From IMG/VR virus record IMGVR_UViG_3300046786_000128, positions 12,368 through 76,367 of that record: a DNA stretch of 64,000 nucleotides; one strand, 5' to 3'. Under the pieces are notes generated by a model, which was not told where the DNA came from, ran no database searches, and saw nothing but the letters and a program-made list of their open reading frames with translations. Shown here piece after piece: positions 12,601-20,134 of the stretch. Numbering within the stretch: the first letter of the stretch is position 1; each line of letters opens with the position of its first letter. Position numbers and translations under genes: made by a program. The stretch comes from a virus (taxonomy: Duplodnaviria; Caudoviricetes).

Positions 12601-15600
12601 CTCTTCAGTAGTTAGTGGTAACTCTGTTTTAGTTAATATTGAATACAATAAAGATGCTAAAGAAGAAAATCCTATACACAGAGAATATCAATTATTAACA
12701 GAAGGTGTAGCAGACAATATTCCTTCGGAGTTCTTAGAAAAGAAATGGATTGACAGTTTGGTTGGCTTCGACGAAGCAGGTAACACTGTTCCTGACTTTA
12801 ATCTTTCGTTAAAGCAACGTTATGGATTAGGATTTAGACCAAGACAAACAATGTTTGTTAATAGAGCCAAGGCCCTAAAAATAGCAATTGATAATATTAA
12901 TTCTATTTTAGAAACAAGACCGTTTGTAGATACAATCGATTTTGAAAATCTATCGTTGAAAGATGCTGTACCTAGCGCATTATTAAATGAGTACGATTTA
13001 GAAGTTGACAATTACATTGACTTAGAACAAGTTGGTACTGTAAAAGTTCGCCAAGCAGTATTTTCTACAAATATTATTAATGGTGAAATTGATACAATTG
13101 ATATTGTAGATCCTGGATTTGGTTATAGAACAGCACCATATGTTTCTATCCAAGGAACTGGCAAAGGTGCTAAAGCAACTATTACATTAGATACTCAAGG
13201 CAGAGTTAACTCTATTACTGTTACAAATAGAGGAAAGAAATATACTTCTGCTCTAGTAAAAATTAGACCATTCTCAGTATTGGTTAAGAATGATGCCAGC
13301 GACAAGGGTTTCTGGAGCATCTATTCATGGGATCAACAACGTAGAATTTTCTATCGTAGTAAAGCTCAAGGTTTTGATACTACAATATATTGGGAATACA
13401 CAGACTGGTGGGCATCTGGATTCAGCAGCCTATCTAGGATTACCAAAGAGATCACAAACTTCTATGAAGAGCCTTCGGTTACATTAGAAGTGGGAACCTT
13501 ATTACGAGTTAAAGAATATTCGAACGGTGGTTGGGCAGTTTTAGAAAGGACTGAAGCCGGCGCCGGAAATTTAATTAACAATTATAATCTAGTTGGTAGA
13601 GAAAACGGCACAATCAGAATTAAAGATTCATTGTACAACGCATTAACTACTGCGCTAGGATATGATAATGTTGGATCTTATGATGCAGCATTATATGATC
13701 TACAACCAATTAAAGAATTAAGAAACATTCTTAAAGCTGCAAAAGACGATATTTTTGTAGATGATTTAAGAGTTGAATGGAATAAACTATTCTTTAGTTC
13801 TGTAAGATATGCGTTCTCTGAACAGCAATATGTAGACTGGGCTTTCAAAACTAGTTTCTTAAATGCAATTCACAATGTGGGTGATTTGGACCAACGTCCA
13901 AACTATAAGAACGACAACTTAGAAAGTTTTAGAAAGTACATCGAAGAAGTTAAACCTTATAGAACAACTATTAGAGAATATACAAGTAGATATACCGAAA
14001 ACGAAAACTTCTATGGTGGAACAATTGACTTTGATTTACCTCCAGCATATTCTGCCAGAGACGGAAAGATTTTACCAGTAAGTCAATATTATAACAGATT
14101 GAATGAATATCCATGGAAGTGGTGGACAACTAATAACGGTTATTCCATTACAGAGATTACAGTATCTAATACTGGCGGCGATTATAAAACACCTCCAACA
14201 GTATTAATCGAAGGCAATGGCACAGGAGCATCTGCTACAGCATTTATTGCCAGCGGTAAGGTATCTGGAATTCGTGTTGATAATCCAGGATCTGGTTATA
14301 CTAAAATCCCAACAGTTACATTAGTTGGCGGTAATGGTACAAGCCAGAATATTGCTAAAGCCGCAGCGGTAATGGGTGATACTGTTGTTAGAACTTTTGA
14401 TTTAACAATGAAGTTTGATAGAATCAGCAAGACTGGTTTGTATCAAAATTTCACACAAAGTCAAACATTTACAGCAACTGGTTATAGTGCGGTCTTTAAT
14501 TTAAATTATGCACCGTCTAGAGACAAGACTAAAATTCGTGTTATTAAGAATGGAGAAATTATCCTAAGCAATGAATACGAAATTGATTTATATTATGATC
14601 AATTAGATGGATATACTCTATTAAAAGGCAAGTTACGATTTATAGTTGCTCCTTTAAAGAATGATATTATTGTTGTTACCTATGACAAGAATGATGAATA
14701 TCTCGACGCTGTTAACAGAATTGATAAAAATTATGCGCCAACTTCAGGAATGAAGGGCAAAGAAGTTAATCAATTAATGACTGGTATTGACTTTGGCGGT
14801 GTACAAATCCAAGGTACTACATTTGATGTTACTGGCGGCTGGGATGCTCTTCCATGGTTTACTGATAACTGGGATAGCGTTGAAACTAACAGCGATTACT
14901 ATTATATTGCTGATGGTAGTACAACCTATGTAGTATTGCCTAATACCCCTTTAGAAGGACAGTTGATTTCGATCTACTTAAAGCGTGTAGGAGAATCAAG
15001 AGCAACAAGGATTGATGATCCAAAGTTTGGAACAATAGAACAAACAAATAACAATGCTCTAATGCCAACATTTGTTGGTGACGGGTCTACAAATATTGTA
15101 CAACTTCACAATCCATCTACTGATGCTGTCTATGTACACATCAATGCAGATGATACATTGATTTTCCGTAATGTTGAAAGTGATGGTTCTGTAACTATCA
15201 CAGACATTAACTTGTTAGATACAAGAATTAGTGGAGGTACGTTAGCAAGCAACGGCAGCGCATATGTAACTGCAACAGGCCTAACACCGGAAGAAATTGT
15301 TATTGACGGTGATAAGTTTGTAACACCGGATCAAGTTCCTGCACCAGAAGAAAACTTACCGGGACAGGTGTTAGACAGTCTAAGTATCAAAGTTTATACA
15401 TCTACCAATCCTGGATCTGCACCGTTACAATCAAAAGTCTCCATCGGCGACGGAGTTACTGCTGTCTTTGCTATTGGTTTAACAGTTGTTGAATCTAAAT
15501 CTGTAATGGTTTATGTAGATAAAGTTAAACAAGAAATTGGTACAGATTATAACATTAATTTTAATGATAACACTGTAGAATTTGACATTGCTCCGATCCT

Positions 15601-17374
15601 AGGATCAATTGTTGAAATTATCTCTATTGGTATTGGCGGCATTGCGTTAATTGATTACCAAGAGTTTGTTGCAGACGGATCAACAAGTTTGTTCTTAACA
15701 AAGGCTGTTTATCAACAAACTGCTAATGTATTAGTAACAGTTGATGGTATTGCTATTGAAACTGGTTTTGTAAACAGTGGAGATTTTATCGATACTGCTG
15801 ATAGAACAATGGTTCAGTTTGGTGCAGCACCAGCTTATAGACAAGTAGTTAAAATTATTTGTTTTGGACCTAGCACAGAAACTGATTCTACAGGATTTCC
15901 GTTTGTTAGAATCAATCAACAAGAAATTATATATGACGGCGCAACTCGAAATATCGACCTAGACAAATTTGTCTCTCTTGATAGATCTTCAGTGTTGTCG
16001 TCGGTATTAGTTGAAGTTAATGGTAATCAATTAAAAGGCGTTGATACAACATACGTAATCTATGATGGTACAAACAATGCTATCGAAGTTGGAGTAGATC
16101 CAGCAGAAGCTATTGGTACAATTACATCTGGAGCTATCAAGGTTTATATTAATCAGGTGTTACAACGTTTTGTTATTGATTACACATATAACGGTAACTT
16201 AAACCTAATTGAAATTCCAGCAGCAAATCTAACAATTGAAGATGTTATTAGAATTGAAACAGATACTAGAACTGATTATTCGATTGTAAGCGGAAACATT
16301 GTGTTCAGCGATAGTTTGCCGTTAGTCGCCGGTGATGTAATTAATGTTACATGGTTCAGCGAATACCCAACAATGGATATTATTTCTGATCAGTTCGCTG
16401 GCGGAAAAGTTCAGTATCAATTGCCAAGAAACCCACTAGATGTTAATTACATTTGGGTTTATAAAAACGGAAGTAGATTAACTAGAGATAGAGATTATTA
16501 TATTTCGTTACCGCGTGGAGTTGTTTATCTAACTGATATAACAACAATTGAGGACGAGATTAAGATTGTTCAATTTGGTAATATCATTTATGAACCACCA
16601 AAAGCCTTTGAAATCTACAAAGACATGTTGAACAATTATCACTATAAGCGTCATTCTAGAAAGAATGCTGTTAAGTTATCAAAGGATCTTTACTATTACG
16701 ACACAACTGTTGAATTAACAGATGCAAGTTTATTGTCAGATCCGTTGCCAACAAGAAATATTCCTGGAGTTGTTATTATTAATAATGAAAGAATTGAATA
16801 TTTCTCTAAGGTAGGAAATGTACTTTCTCAGTTAAGAAGAGGATCGTTAGGAACAGCAATTGCTACAGTTCATAGTATGGACAGTTTTGTAGTAGATGCA
16901 GGATACACCGAAACTCTACCTTACTTAGAAACACAGGAAAAAACTGATTTTACCAGCGATGGTAGCAGTTTACTCATTGGACCATTAGATTTTGTACCTG
17001 CACAAGGCACAAGAACAGAATGGTACAAAGATACAATTCCTGCAGAGTATGGCCCATGCGATACGATTGAAGTATTTGTTGGTGGTAAACGCCTAAACAA
17101 AAATCCAATTTCTGTGTATGACGAAACTCTCGGAGTAAGCAGTCCTGCTTCTGATATAACTAAAGAAGCAGACTTTTCTGTAGACGGAGCTACTGCATAT
17201 TTACGATTAACTAACCCTGCACCTGCAGGTACACGTATTACTGTGATTAGAAAACAAGGAAGAATTTGGTACGAGCGTGGGCAAGTAACAGCAAGCAAGG
17301 GTGTAACGCTGTTATCTAATACTACTCCTGTTGCTGATTTCATCGCAAATATGAGCACAGAATTGCCCGAATAA
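3689..17374 (+). CDS. Giant baseplate/virion structural protein (gp7-position), 4561 aa, with CBM5/12-like modules, an FG-GAP-like propeller and Ig-like repeats
   Basis: Uninterrupted ORF right after gp6. Six Y..G.(I/V)V.Y....W modules, six FG.S(L/V/I).....V(V/I)G(A/S)P-type blades, G.GY..P.V.I.G.G.GA.A repeats, and C-terminal (G/A)DG.T..F repeats. Confidence 0.8.
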   Translation: MAQEIFPDSQLPIRRTVDLLPQVFQTEANNKFMSAVVDPLVQPGVLQKTVGYVGRRYGKTYNANDVYLDTDETLRSRYQLEPGVVIKQDEKVTNFYDYLDFKNQIKFFGNKEEVDAVITAQEHYTWNPPIDWDKFVNYREYYWVPDGPPPVKILGQAQNIISTYRVTLGVGSVFIFTPDGLTNNPTLTLYRGQTYKFNINAPDNGLTIKTAIDTGSLLYNPLLSYSKGQIVVFDEKLWKAKDNIPAGDGSTIDADTQDWEFIDDAQFTTSLDYTKGITNNGAETGVITFEVPFDAPDVLFYQSATDPNRFGRFLISNIESNTKINVEKEIIGKTTYTSSNGVELTNGMIIYFIGLVSPAKYADDGIKWLVEGVGSKITLTRFTDLIVSENLNANAPEVLFDNGGFDSQPYDDASAYPSSKDYITINKSSIDSNPWSRYNRWFHRATLDYSHSFNNSNFEAAETLRAKRPIIEFKPNLQLFNHGSIAKQVVDYVDDFTTDVFSVIEGSKGYIVDGEALFDGARVLVTADTDSLANNQIYVVKFIKHNNVTQINLQKASDGESLLGEGVLVRRGNNNKGLMYHYNGTNWIKSQLKTKINQAPLFDIFDENLVSLSDAETYPVSSFVGTEIVSYKIGNSVVDKELGFSVSYLNINNVGDIQFEFDLDTDTFTYNVGQDVFTKNILTGFYKFNGIESYDNGWKVIDKNFTQPIIDSVPVTTATNVITSTAVDWKSVSDSQIRKIVFYVNGVITRKTWTRSVDTFTFSSNFAAGDVVTIKLFADLDPNTGYYEIPLGLEKNPLNDTIKTFTLGQAADHILTGIELVDNFSGIYPGSSNLRNISGYENKTKRFLKHSNVAPIATVLLCDKEINIVKSIQYAKKSYTDFKNTFIDIAYNLYFDQENIDYVDTILEEISKTQNTSRPFSGSDMIGSGAYSELVYTVEDEGIKTFALSQKFDLETLSSRAVYVYYNNEQLLNGTDYEFNSNFGFVRLKISLAEGDVIRIREYVSTSTNFIPPTPTKLGLYRKYTPMKFLDTTYTVPKEVIQGHDGSITVAYGDFRDDVLLELEKRIYNNIKQQYNESIFNNDNILGGYYGNSEFGKAELDAIVTPEFLKWIADTNLDYVNNIYFDSENSFTFTYSNMVDPTGNKNLPGYWRGVYKWFYDTDRPHICPWEMLGFSEKPTWWEAEYGPLPYTSNNLILWEDLRDGIIRQGERAGTRDRYKRPSLMRHIPVDGDGNLISPLDSGLAGNFTMANNKGPFVLGDQGPVEAAWRSSSEWPFAVTLALCLLKPFEFITDNFNKSETTLNILGQTINKHSKTFFNISDLVYENTDTVSVSGLVTYVVNYLKSKTIPVSNLEKKLSGIDVNLSNRLAGFVDKEQQKYVLDSKNPKSTTSSIFIPNENYNIIFNVSSPIYSLAYSGVIIEKTSQGWKITGYDSKDPYFTYYKPVISQTDPLISVGGVSENFLTWTAEKFYGNGVVVKYGQSYYRSLKSHTSTDTFDTTVWKQLPALPVTNAIQAFRRKNYNKLKTHRLNYGTLMSSIQEVVDFMLGYQEYLISIGFVFDGYDTTTQTAYDWFTSVKEFMFWTKHNWSEGSLLTLSPNSQKVDIKIALGVADSFLDSFYDYQILKDDGTPLAPAYIEVARDYQTLSLSTINTNSGIYFMRANFVLKEHVVIFDDRTVFNDVIYDKPTGYRQERIKSRGFRTVDWDGDYTSPGFLFDNVNIAAWQPFTDYKLGDIVAYKSYYWTSKGSQLGTESFVDSQWTKLDSTPTQGLVANFDYRINQFEDYYEVESDGVGSSQRDLARHAIGYQPREYLQGLAEDEISQFRLYQGFIKEKGSSNAITKVFDKLSRTTDDAVTLNEEWAFKVGELGGVAQIREIEFEISKDSIQINPQPTLIVESKSSIVSDQNLRISPSDFTIQPTVFTTKINDVAIFDGASRAAGYVHLDDVDFIVKTRDDILNININTVNENDHFWVTFDSAAWTVLRYNETLSLRIVRVIKDGDNVTLTLNRIHNLAVGDIIGITLVLNLTGFYKITAVDKTTVTVVSTGNDPAIEDSTSAVIGTFTTAKFDTYQDLDYKTTALLANGSKLWIDSNESGNWEVVEKIRQYQTYDLVDYGITAPLHTGTSVAYIDNLKQIATSLPASNYVMIYTDRTNVNQALGLKQIIPAPNGIEDTVDGVFGQVLAVSPDYKWLAVSTPLASGVTNPYMGELTTRSYLAGEIVLYNGKLWKALVNTVPADGSSINFNSQDWEPATLVEANTTSRGVGAVNQGMVSLYTYQNDQWENVYNILSPRQAADERFGSAVTFGVSGNKYYMAVSAIGSLCDPQIGYSTGVGRVYLYYYNGTTWTHHENPNYAGVYDSSPTATYSAGTIVWADGSLWQALSDTQGDGSTLTVDSNEWLKLDPVTTNNSLPTNVAVDDDGSTLAMGLLDTTQLAELVKQGDSFGTSLSMSRDGSILVVGAPSSDGQYLANYRGVWNPYQEYLTGDVVKYQDSYHVLAVAVSSKNEMPDDGAPWQNTGDSTFTTTGKIFIYNRNSNGVYNLVQTITNQSLELINDIGSLGSIASGDNFGTSIDIDSSGTTLVVSSPTADILRQNQGAVYVFKRSTGSSEFRLKQKLQSYENYTNEYFGTSVSISPATERIVIGAKNASYNVITTFDSVGTTFDRRRTTWSSPAGFPGQVYVYERKDQGYFLAEKLQANFENYESFGASIDCTNSVVVVGSPNYVENGEAKGRVRLFKKTSNKDSINIIRSQPEQVNLDAIKNIELYDNENNIKIADVDIIDHFKLKILNVAEQDIKFKTVYDPAMYILATDNETVDENQAWFEDHVGEVWWDLSTVKFVNAEQDDISYRVGNWSTQVQGSSVDVYEWVETPLLPSEWSILADTVGGLAEGISGQPKHADDTVYNTKVLYNPNTGRATSTLYYFWVKNKTVLPSDKRRTVSVSTIASYISNPVGTGIPFVALVDADKLAFYNFSSVVSGNSVLVNIEYNKDAKEENPIHREYQLLTEGVADNIPSEFLEKKWIDSLVGFDEAGNTVPDFNLSLKQRYGLGFRPRQTMFVNRAKALKIAIDNINSILETRPFVDTIDFENLSLKDAVPSALLNEYDLEVDNYIDLEQVGTVKVRQAVFSTNIINGEIDTIDIVDPGFGYRTAPYVSIQGTGKGAKATITLDTQGRVNSITVTNRGKKYTSALVKIRPFSVLVKNDASDKGFWSIYSWDQQRRIFYRSKAQGFDTTIYWEYTDWWASGFSSLSRITKEITNFYEEPSVTLEVGTLLRVKEYSNGGWAVLERTEAGAGNLINNYNLVGRENGTIRIKDSLYNALTTALGYDNVGSYDAALYDLQPIKELRNILKAAKDDIFVDDLRVEWNKLFFSSVRYAFSEQQYVDWAFKTSFLNAIHNVGDLDQRPNYKNDNLESFRKYIEEVKPYRTTIREYTSRYTENENFYGGTIDFDLPPAYSARDGKILPVSQYYNRLNEYPWKWWTTNNGYSITEITVSNTGGDYKTPPTVLIEGNGTGASATAFIASGKVSGIRVDNPGSGYTKIPTVTLVGGNGTSQNIAKAAAVMGDTVVRTFDLTMKFDRISKTGLYQNFTQSQTFTATGYSAVFNLNYAPSRDKTKIRVIKNGEIILSNEYEIDLYYDQLDGYTLLKGKLRFIVAPLKNDIIVVTYDKNDEYLDAVNRIDKNYAPTSGMKGKEVNQLMTGIDFGGVQIQGTTFDVTGGWDALPWFTDNWDSVETNSDYYYIADGSTTYVVLPNTPLEGQLISIYLKRVGESRATRIDDPKFGTIEQTNNNALMPTFVGDGSTNIVQLHNPSTDAVYVHINADDTLIFRNVESDGSVTITDINLLDTRISGGTLASNGSAYVTATGLTPEEIVIDGDKFVTPDQVPAPEENLPGQVLDSLSIKVYTSTNPGSAPLQSKVSIGDGVTAVFAIGLTVVESKSVMVYVDKVKQEIGTDYNINFNDNTVEFDIAPILGSIVEIISIGIGGIALIDYQEFVADGSTSLFLTKAVYQQTANVLVTVDGIAIETGFVNSGDFIDTADRTMVQFGAAPAYRQVVKIICFGPSTETDSTGFPFVRINQQEIIYDGATRNIDLDKFVSLDRSSVLSSVLVEVNGNQLKGVDTTYVIYDGTNNAIEVGVDPAEAIGTITSGAIKVYINQVLQRFVIDYTYNGNLNLIEIPAANLTIEDVIRIETDTRTDYSIVSGNIVFSDSLPLVAGDVINVTWFSEYPTMDIISDQFAGGKVQYQLPRNPLDVNYIWVYKNGSRLTRDRDYYISLPRGVVYLTDITTIEDEIKIVQFGNIIYEPPKAFEIYKDMLNNYHYKRHSRKNAVKLSKDLYYYDTTVELTDASLLSDPLPTRNIPGVVIINNERIEYFSKVGNVLSQLRRGSLGTAIATVHSMDSFVVDAGYTETLPYLETQEKTDFTSDGSSLLIGPLDFVPAQGTRTEWYKDTIPAEYGPCDTIEVFVGGKRLNKNPISVYDETLGVSSPASDITKEADFSVDGATAYLRLTNPAPAGTRITVIRKQGRIWYERGQVTASKGVTLLSNTTPVADFIANMSTELPE

Positions 17375-17377
17375 ATA
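17371..17377 (+). promoter_or_regulatory. T4-like late promoter (ATAAATA)
   Basis: Overlaps the stop codon of the giant gene, 25 nt before the next ATG. Confidence 0.6.
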
Positions 17378-17402
17378 TAATATTAACAAATTAGAGACTA
17401 AA

Positions 17403-18044
17403 ATGCCAGTAACTCAAAACACTAACATTCCTGAAAAAAGACCCAACGAAGTAGGCGGGTTTAGCTTTGAAGGCCATATTAAAATATGGGAACCAGAGAC
17501 AGGAATTGTCCATCAAGATAAACGCAACGCTATTCATTATGAAAATATGAGTGTTGCAATGGTTAACGCCTTGTCAAATCAAGGACTAGGAACTGTATAC
17601 GAAATGGTTTTTGGTAATGGTGGAACAACTGTAGATCCAACAGGGCTTATTACATACCTAACACCGAATACTGTTGGTACAAATACTAGCCTTTACAATC
17701 AAACTTATAAAAAGATTGTAGATCAAAACGCATCAGAAAACGTAGATCCTGTTAGAAATAAAATGGAAATTCGTCATGTTAGCGGTGCTACTTATAGTGA
17801 CATTATTATTAGCTGCATTTTAGATTACGGCGAGCCAGACGGGCAAGAGGCATATGATAACAGTCAAGATTTAAATGGCGATTTTGTTTTTGATGAACTA
17901 GGATTACGATCTTATAACCCGCTAGGCGATGGCAAGTTATTAACACATGTTGTATTTCATCCTGTGCAGAAATCTTTAAACAGACTACTACAGATTGATT
18001 ACACAATCCGTATCCAGAGCTTAACAAGCTTCACAGAGGTATAA
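17403..18044 (+). CDS. Baseplate/tail-fibre attachment structural protein
   Basis: Sits between the baseplate and fibre genes; FGNGG...FDELGL...LLTHVVF pattern resembles tail-collar/fibre N-terminal adaptor proteins. Confidence 0.55.
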   Translation: MPVTQNTNIPEKRPNEVGGFSFEGHIKIWEPETGIVHQDKRNAIHYENMSVAMVNALSNQGLGTVYEMVFGNGGTTVDPTGLITYLTPNTVGTNTSLYNQTYKKIVDQNASENVDPVRNKMEIRHVSGATYSDIIISCILDYGEPDGQEAYDNSQDLNGDFVFDELGLRSYNPLGDGKLLTHVVFHPVQKSLNRLLQIDYTIRIQSLTSFTEV

Positions 18045-18047
18045 TAG

Positions 18048-20123
18048 ATGCCATATATTGTTAATTTTACAGATAAAGAAAATAAACTGCCAATTACAGT
18101 TTATGATAATACATCCAGCACAGATACTAGTTTAGTTTTTCCAGGACGAAATGTTACCGGTTATGGACAAACTATTGCTGAAAACTTTCTAGCATTGTTA
18201 GAAAATTTTGCTAAAGATACTGCTCCGGTTAACCCAGTAGAAGGACAATTATGGTTTAATACCTTAGACGGTGTTCTACAAATTTGGGATAGTACAACCT
18301 GGAAGGCAGCATCTAACATTCAAAAGGGCGGTGTTGAACCCCCTACAGCATCTTCAGCAGTTGGTGAATTATGGGTTGATACAACTAATCAACAGTTGTA
18401 TGTCTATTCAGGAACACGTTGGATTTTAGTTGGTCCTACATTTTCAACAGGATTACGAAGTGGTCCACTTGTTGAAGAAGTTATCGACTCCGATAACATT
18501 GCAAGAGTAGTTTTAATATTCTACGTTGAAGACATACCTGTAATTATTTTTAGTAAAGATGCATTTACTCCAAAAATTTCCATTACTGGATTTGTAACAA
18601 TTAAATCTGGTTTAAACATTACAGCTAACGAAATTGCGGATAACGGAGCAATAACAAAAATTTGGGGAACAAACACTTCAACTGAATCATTAACTGTTGC
18701 AGGCGTTGAAATCCCAGCTAGTAAGTTTTTAAGATCTGATGCAGCTAATCAAACATTAGAATATGGTATCAACGTAAGAAACAACCAAGGTATTACAATT
18801 GGTGTTGACGGAACATTTAGTATTACAAATAGCGATACTGCTGCAAAGATTTATAATTCTAATCCAGGTAGTAGTATTGACTTACAACTTAACAAGGATG
18901 GTATTCCGTCTACAGTTTTACGAGTCATCAACAACACAGTTGGTATCAATGTAGCAAGTCCAGACGAAGCACTCCATGTAGATGGTAATATTAAGACAAA
19001 TGGATCTTTAATATTAACAGATACAACTATGAGTACTAATTTTAACAATGGTACTTTTAGAACAGCAGGCGGTGCAGCCATTACAAAGAATCTCTTAGTA
19101 GGCGATGGTTTAAAAGCATCGGGTATTAGTGAGTTTGATACAGTACAACCTTCAGTTACTGATGCATTTGATTTAGGTACAGTTCTTAAGCGTTGGAACG
19201 TTGTTAGAACAAAAACTTTGGTTGCAGAAACAATCGAAGGTGTGTTAACAGGTAATATTGTTGGTAATGCTTCAACTGCAACTAACTTAAAATTTGTTAC
19301 AACTTTTAAGATGGAAGGTGATGTAACATCGCCAAGTATACAGTTTGACGGACAGGTAGGTGGATTATCAAAGACATTCACTACATCACTAACATCCGGA
19401 CTTATTAGCAGTAAGAGTGAACCGTCTCCTAACGTATCGAAACCAACTGATTATGTACTTGTTTATAGAGGAACAGAAGGTCTACTCAAAGAATCTAGGA
19501 ACGTATTTGTTGGAGACTTAGGAGTTCCAATGGGAGGAATTCTACCATTTGCTGGTAGCGAAGCACCATACGGATATTTGCTATGTGACGGTAGTGAAGT
19601 TGAAAGAACAAAGTACAGCGATTTATTTGATGTTATTGGAACAACATACAATGGTTCGATACCTTTAGTAGGTGTTAATACATTTAGACTTCCAGACTTG
19701 CGTGGTAGATTCCCATTAGGTCGAGATAACATGGATAATGGTGTAACAGTTCCTAACTCTACAGGTGGTTATGTTGATGCAGGCGGCGGCAACGTTGACA
19801 GAGTAGCAGGTACTGCACCTGACAACTTAGGCGAAGGTGGTGGACAAAGTTCTAACGCTTTAACAGTTTCTAACTTGCCAGAACATGAACACAGCATGAA
19901 AGGTTCAACAGGACAGCAATATTATGCAACTAGGGTTGATAGTGCTATTCCTATTGATACTGGTTCTTTATCTGATAAAGGTCCAACAACAGTTGGACAA
20001 AGTCAATACATTCCTAGTTCTGGTGGTATTAAAACAGCAGGTACATTAGGACAACAGTTCTCTGTTATGAATCCGTTCTTAACATTGAATTACATTATTC
20101 GTTCTGGTCCAGCAGCATTCTAA
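18048..20123 (+). CDS. Tail fibre protein with phage tail-collar domain (short-fibre-like)
   Basis: GGILPFAGSEAPYGYLLCDG...YSDLFDVIGTTY...FRLPDLRGRFPLG is a classic tail-collar motif; N-terminal ENFL.LLENFA...GQLW module is shared with three paralogs. Confidence 0.85.
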   Translation: MPYIVNFTDKENKLPITVYDNTSSTDTSLVFPGRNVTGYGQTIAENFLALLENFAKDTAPVNPVEGQLWFNTLDGVLQIWDSTTWKAASNIQKGGVEPPTASSAVGELWVDTTNQQLYVYSGTRWILVGPTFSTGLRSGPLVEEVIDSDNIARVVLIFYVEDIPVIIFSKDAFTPKISITGFVTIKSGLNITANEIADNGAITKIWGTNTSTESLTVAGVEIPASKFLRSDAANQTLEYGINVRNNQGITIGVDGTFSITNSDTAAKIYNSNPGSSIDLQLNKDGIPSTVLRVINNTVGINVASPDEALHVDGNIKTNGSLILTDTTMSTNFNNGTFRTAGGAAITKNLLVGDGLKASGISEFDTVQPSVTDAFDLGTVLKRWNVVRTKTLVAETIEGVLTGNIVGNASTATNLKFVTTFKMEGDVTSPSIQFDGQVGGLSKTFTTSLTSGLISSKSEPSPNVSKPTDYVLVYRGTEGLLKESRNVFVGDLGVPMGGILPFAGSEAPYGYLLCDGSEVERTKYSDLFDVIGTTYNGSIPLVGVNTFRLPDLRGRFPLGRDNMDNGVTVPNSTGGYVDAGGGNVDRVAGTAPDNLGEGGGQSSNALTVSNLPEHEHSMKGSTGQQYYATRVDSAIPIDTGSLSDKGPTTVGQSQYIPSSGGIKTAGTLGQQFSVMNPFLTLNYIIRSGPAAF

Positions 20124-20134
20124 GGTAAAAACAC

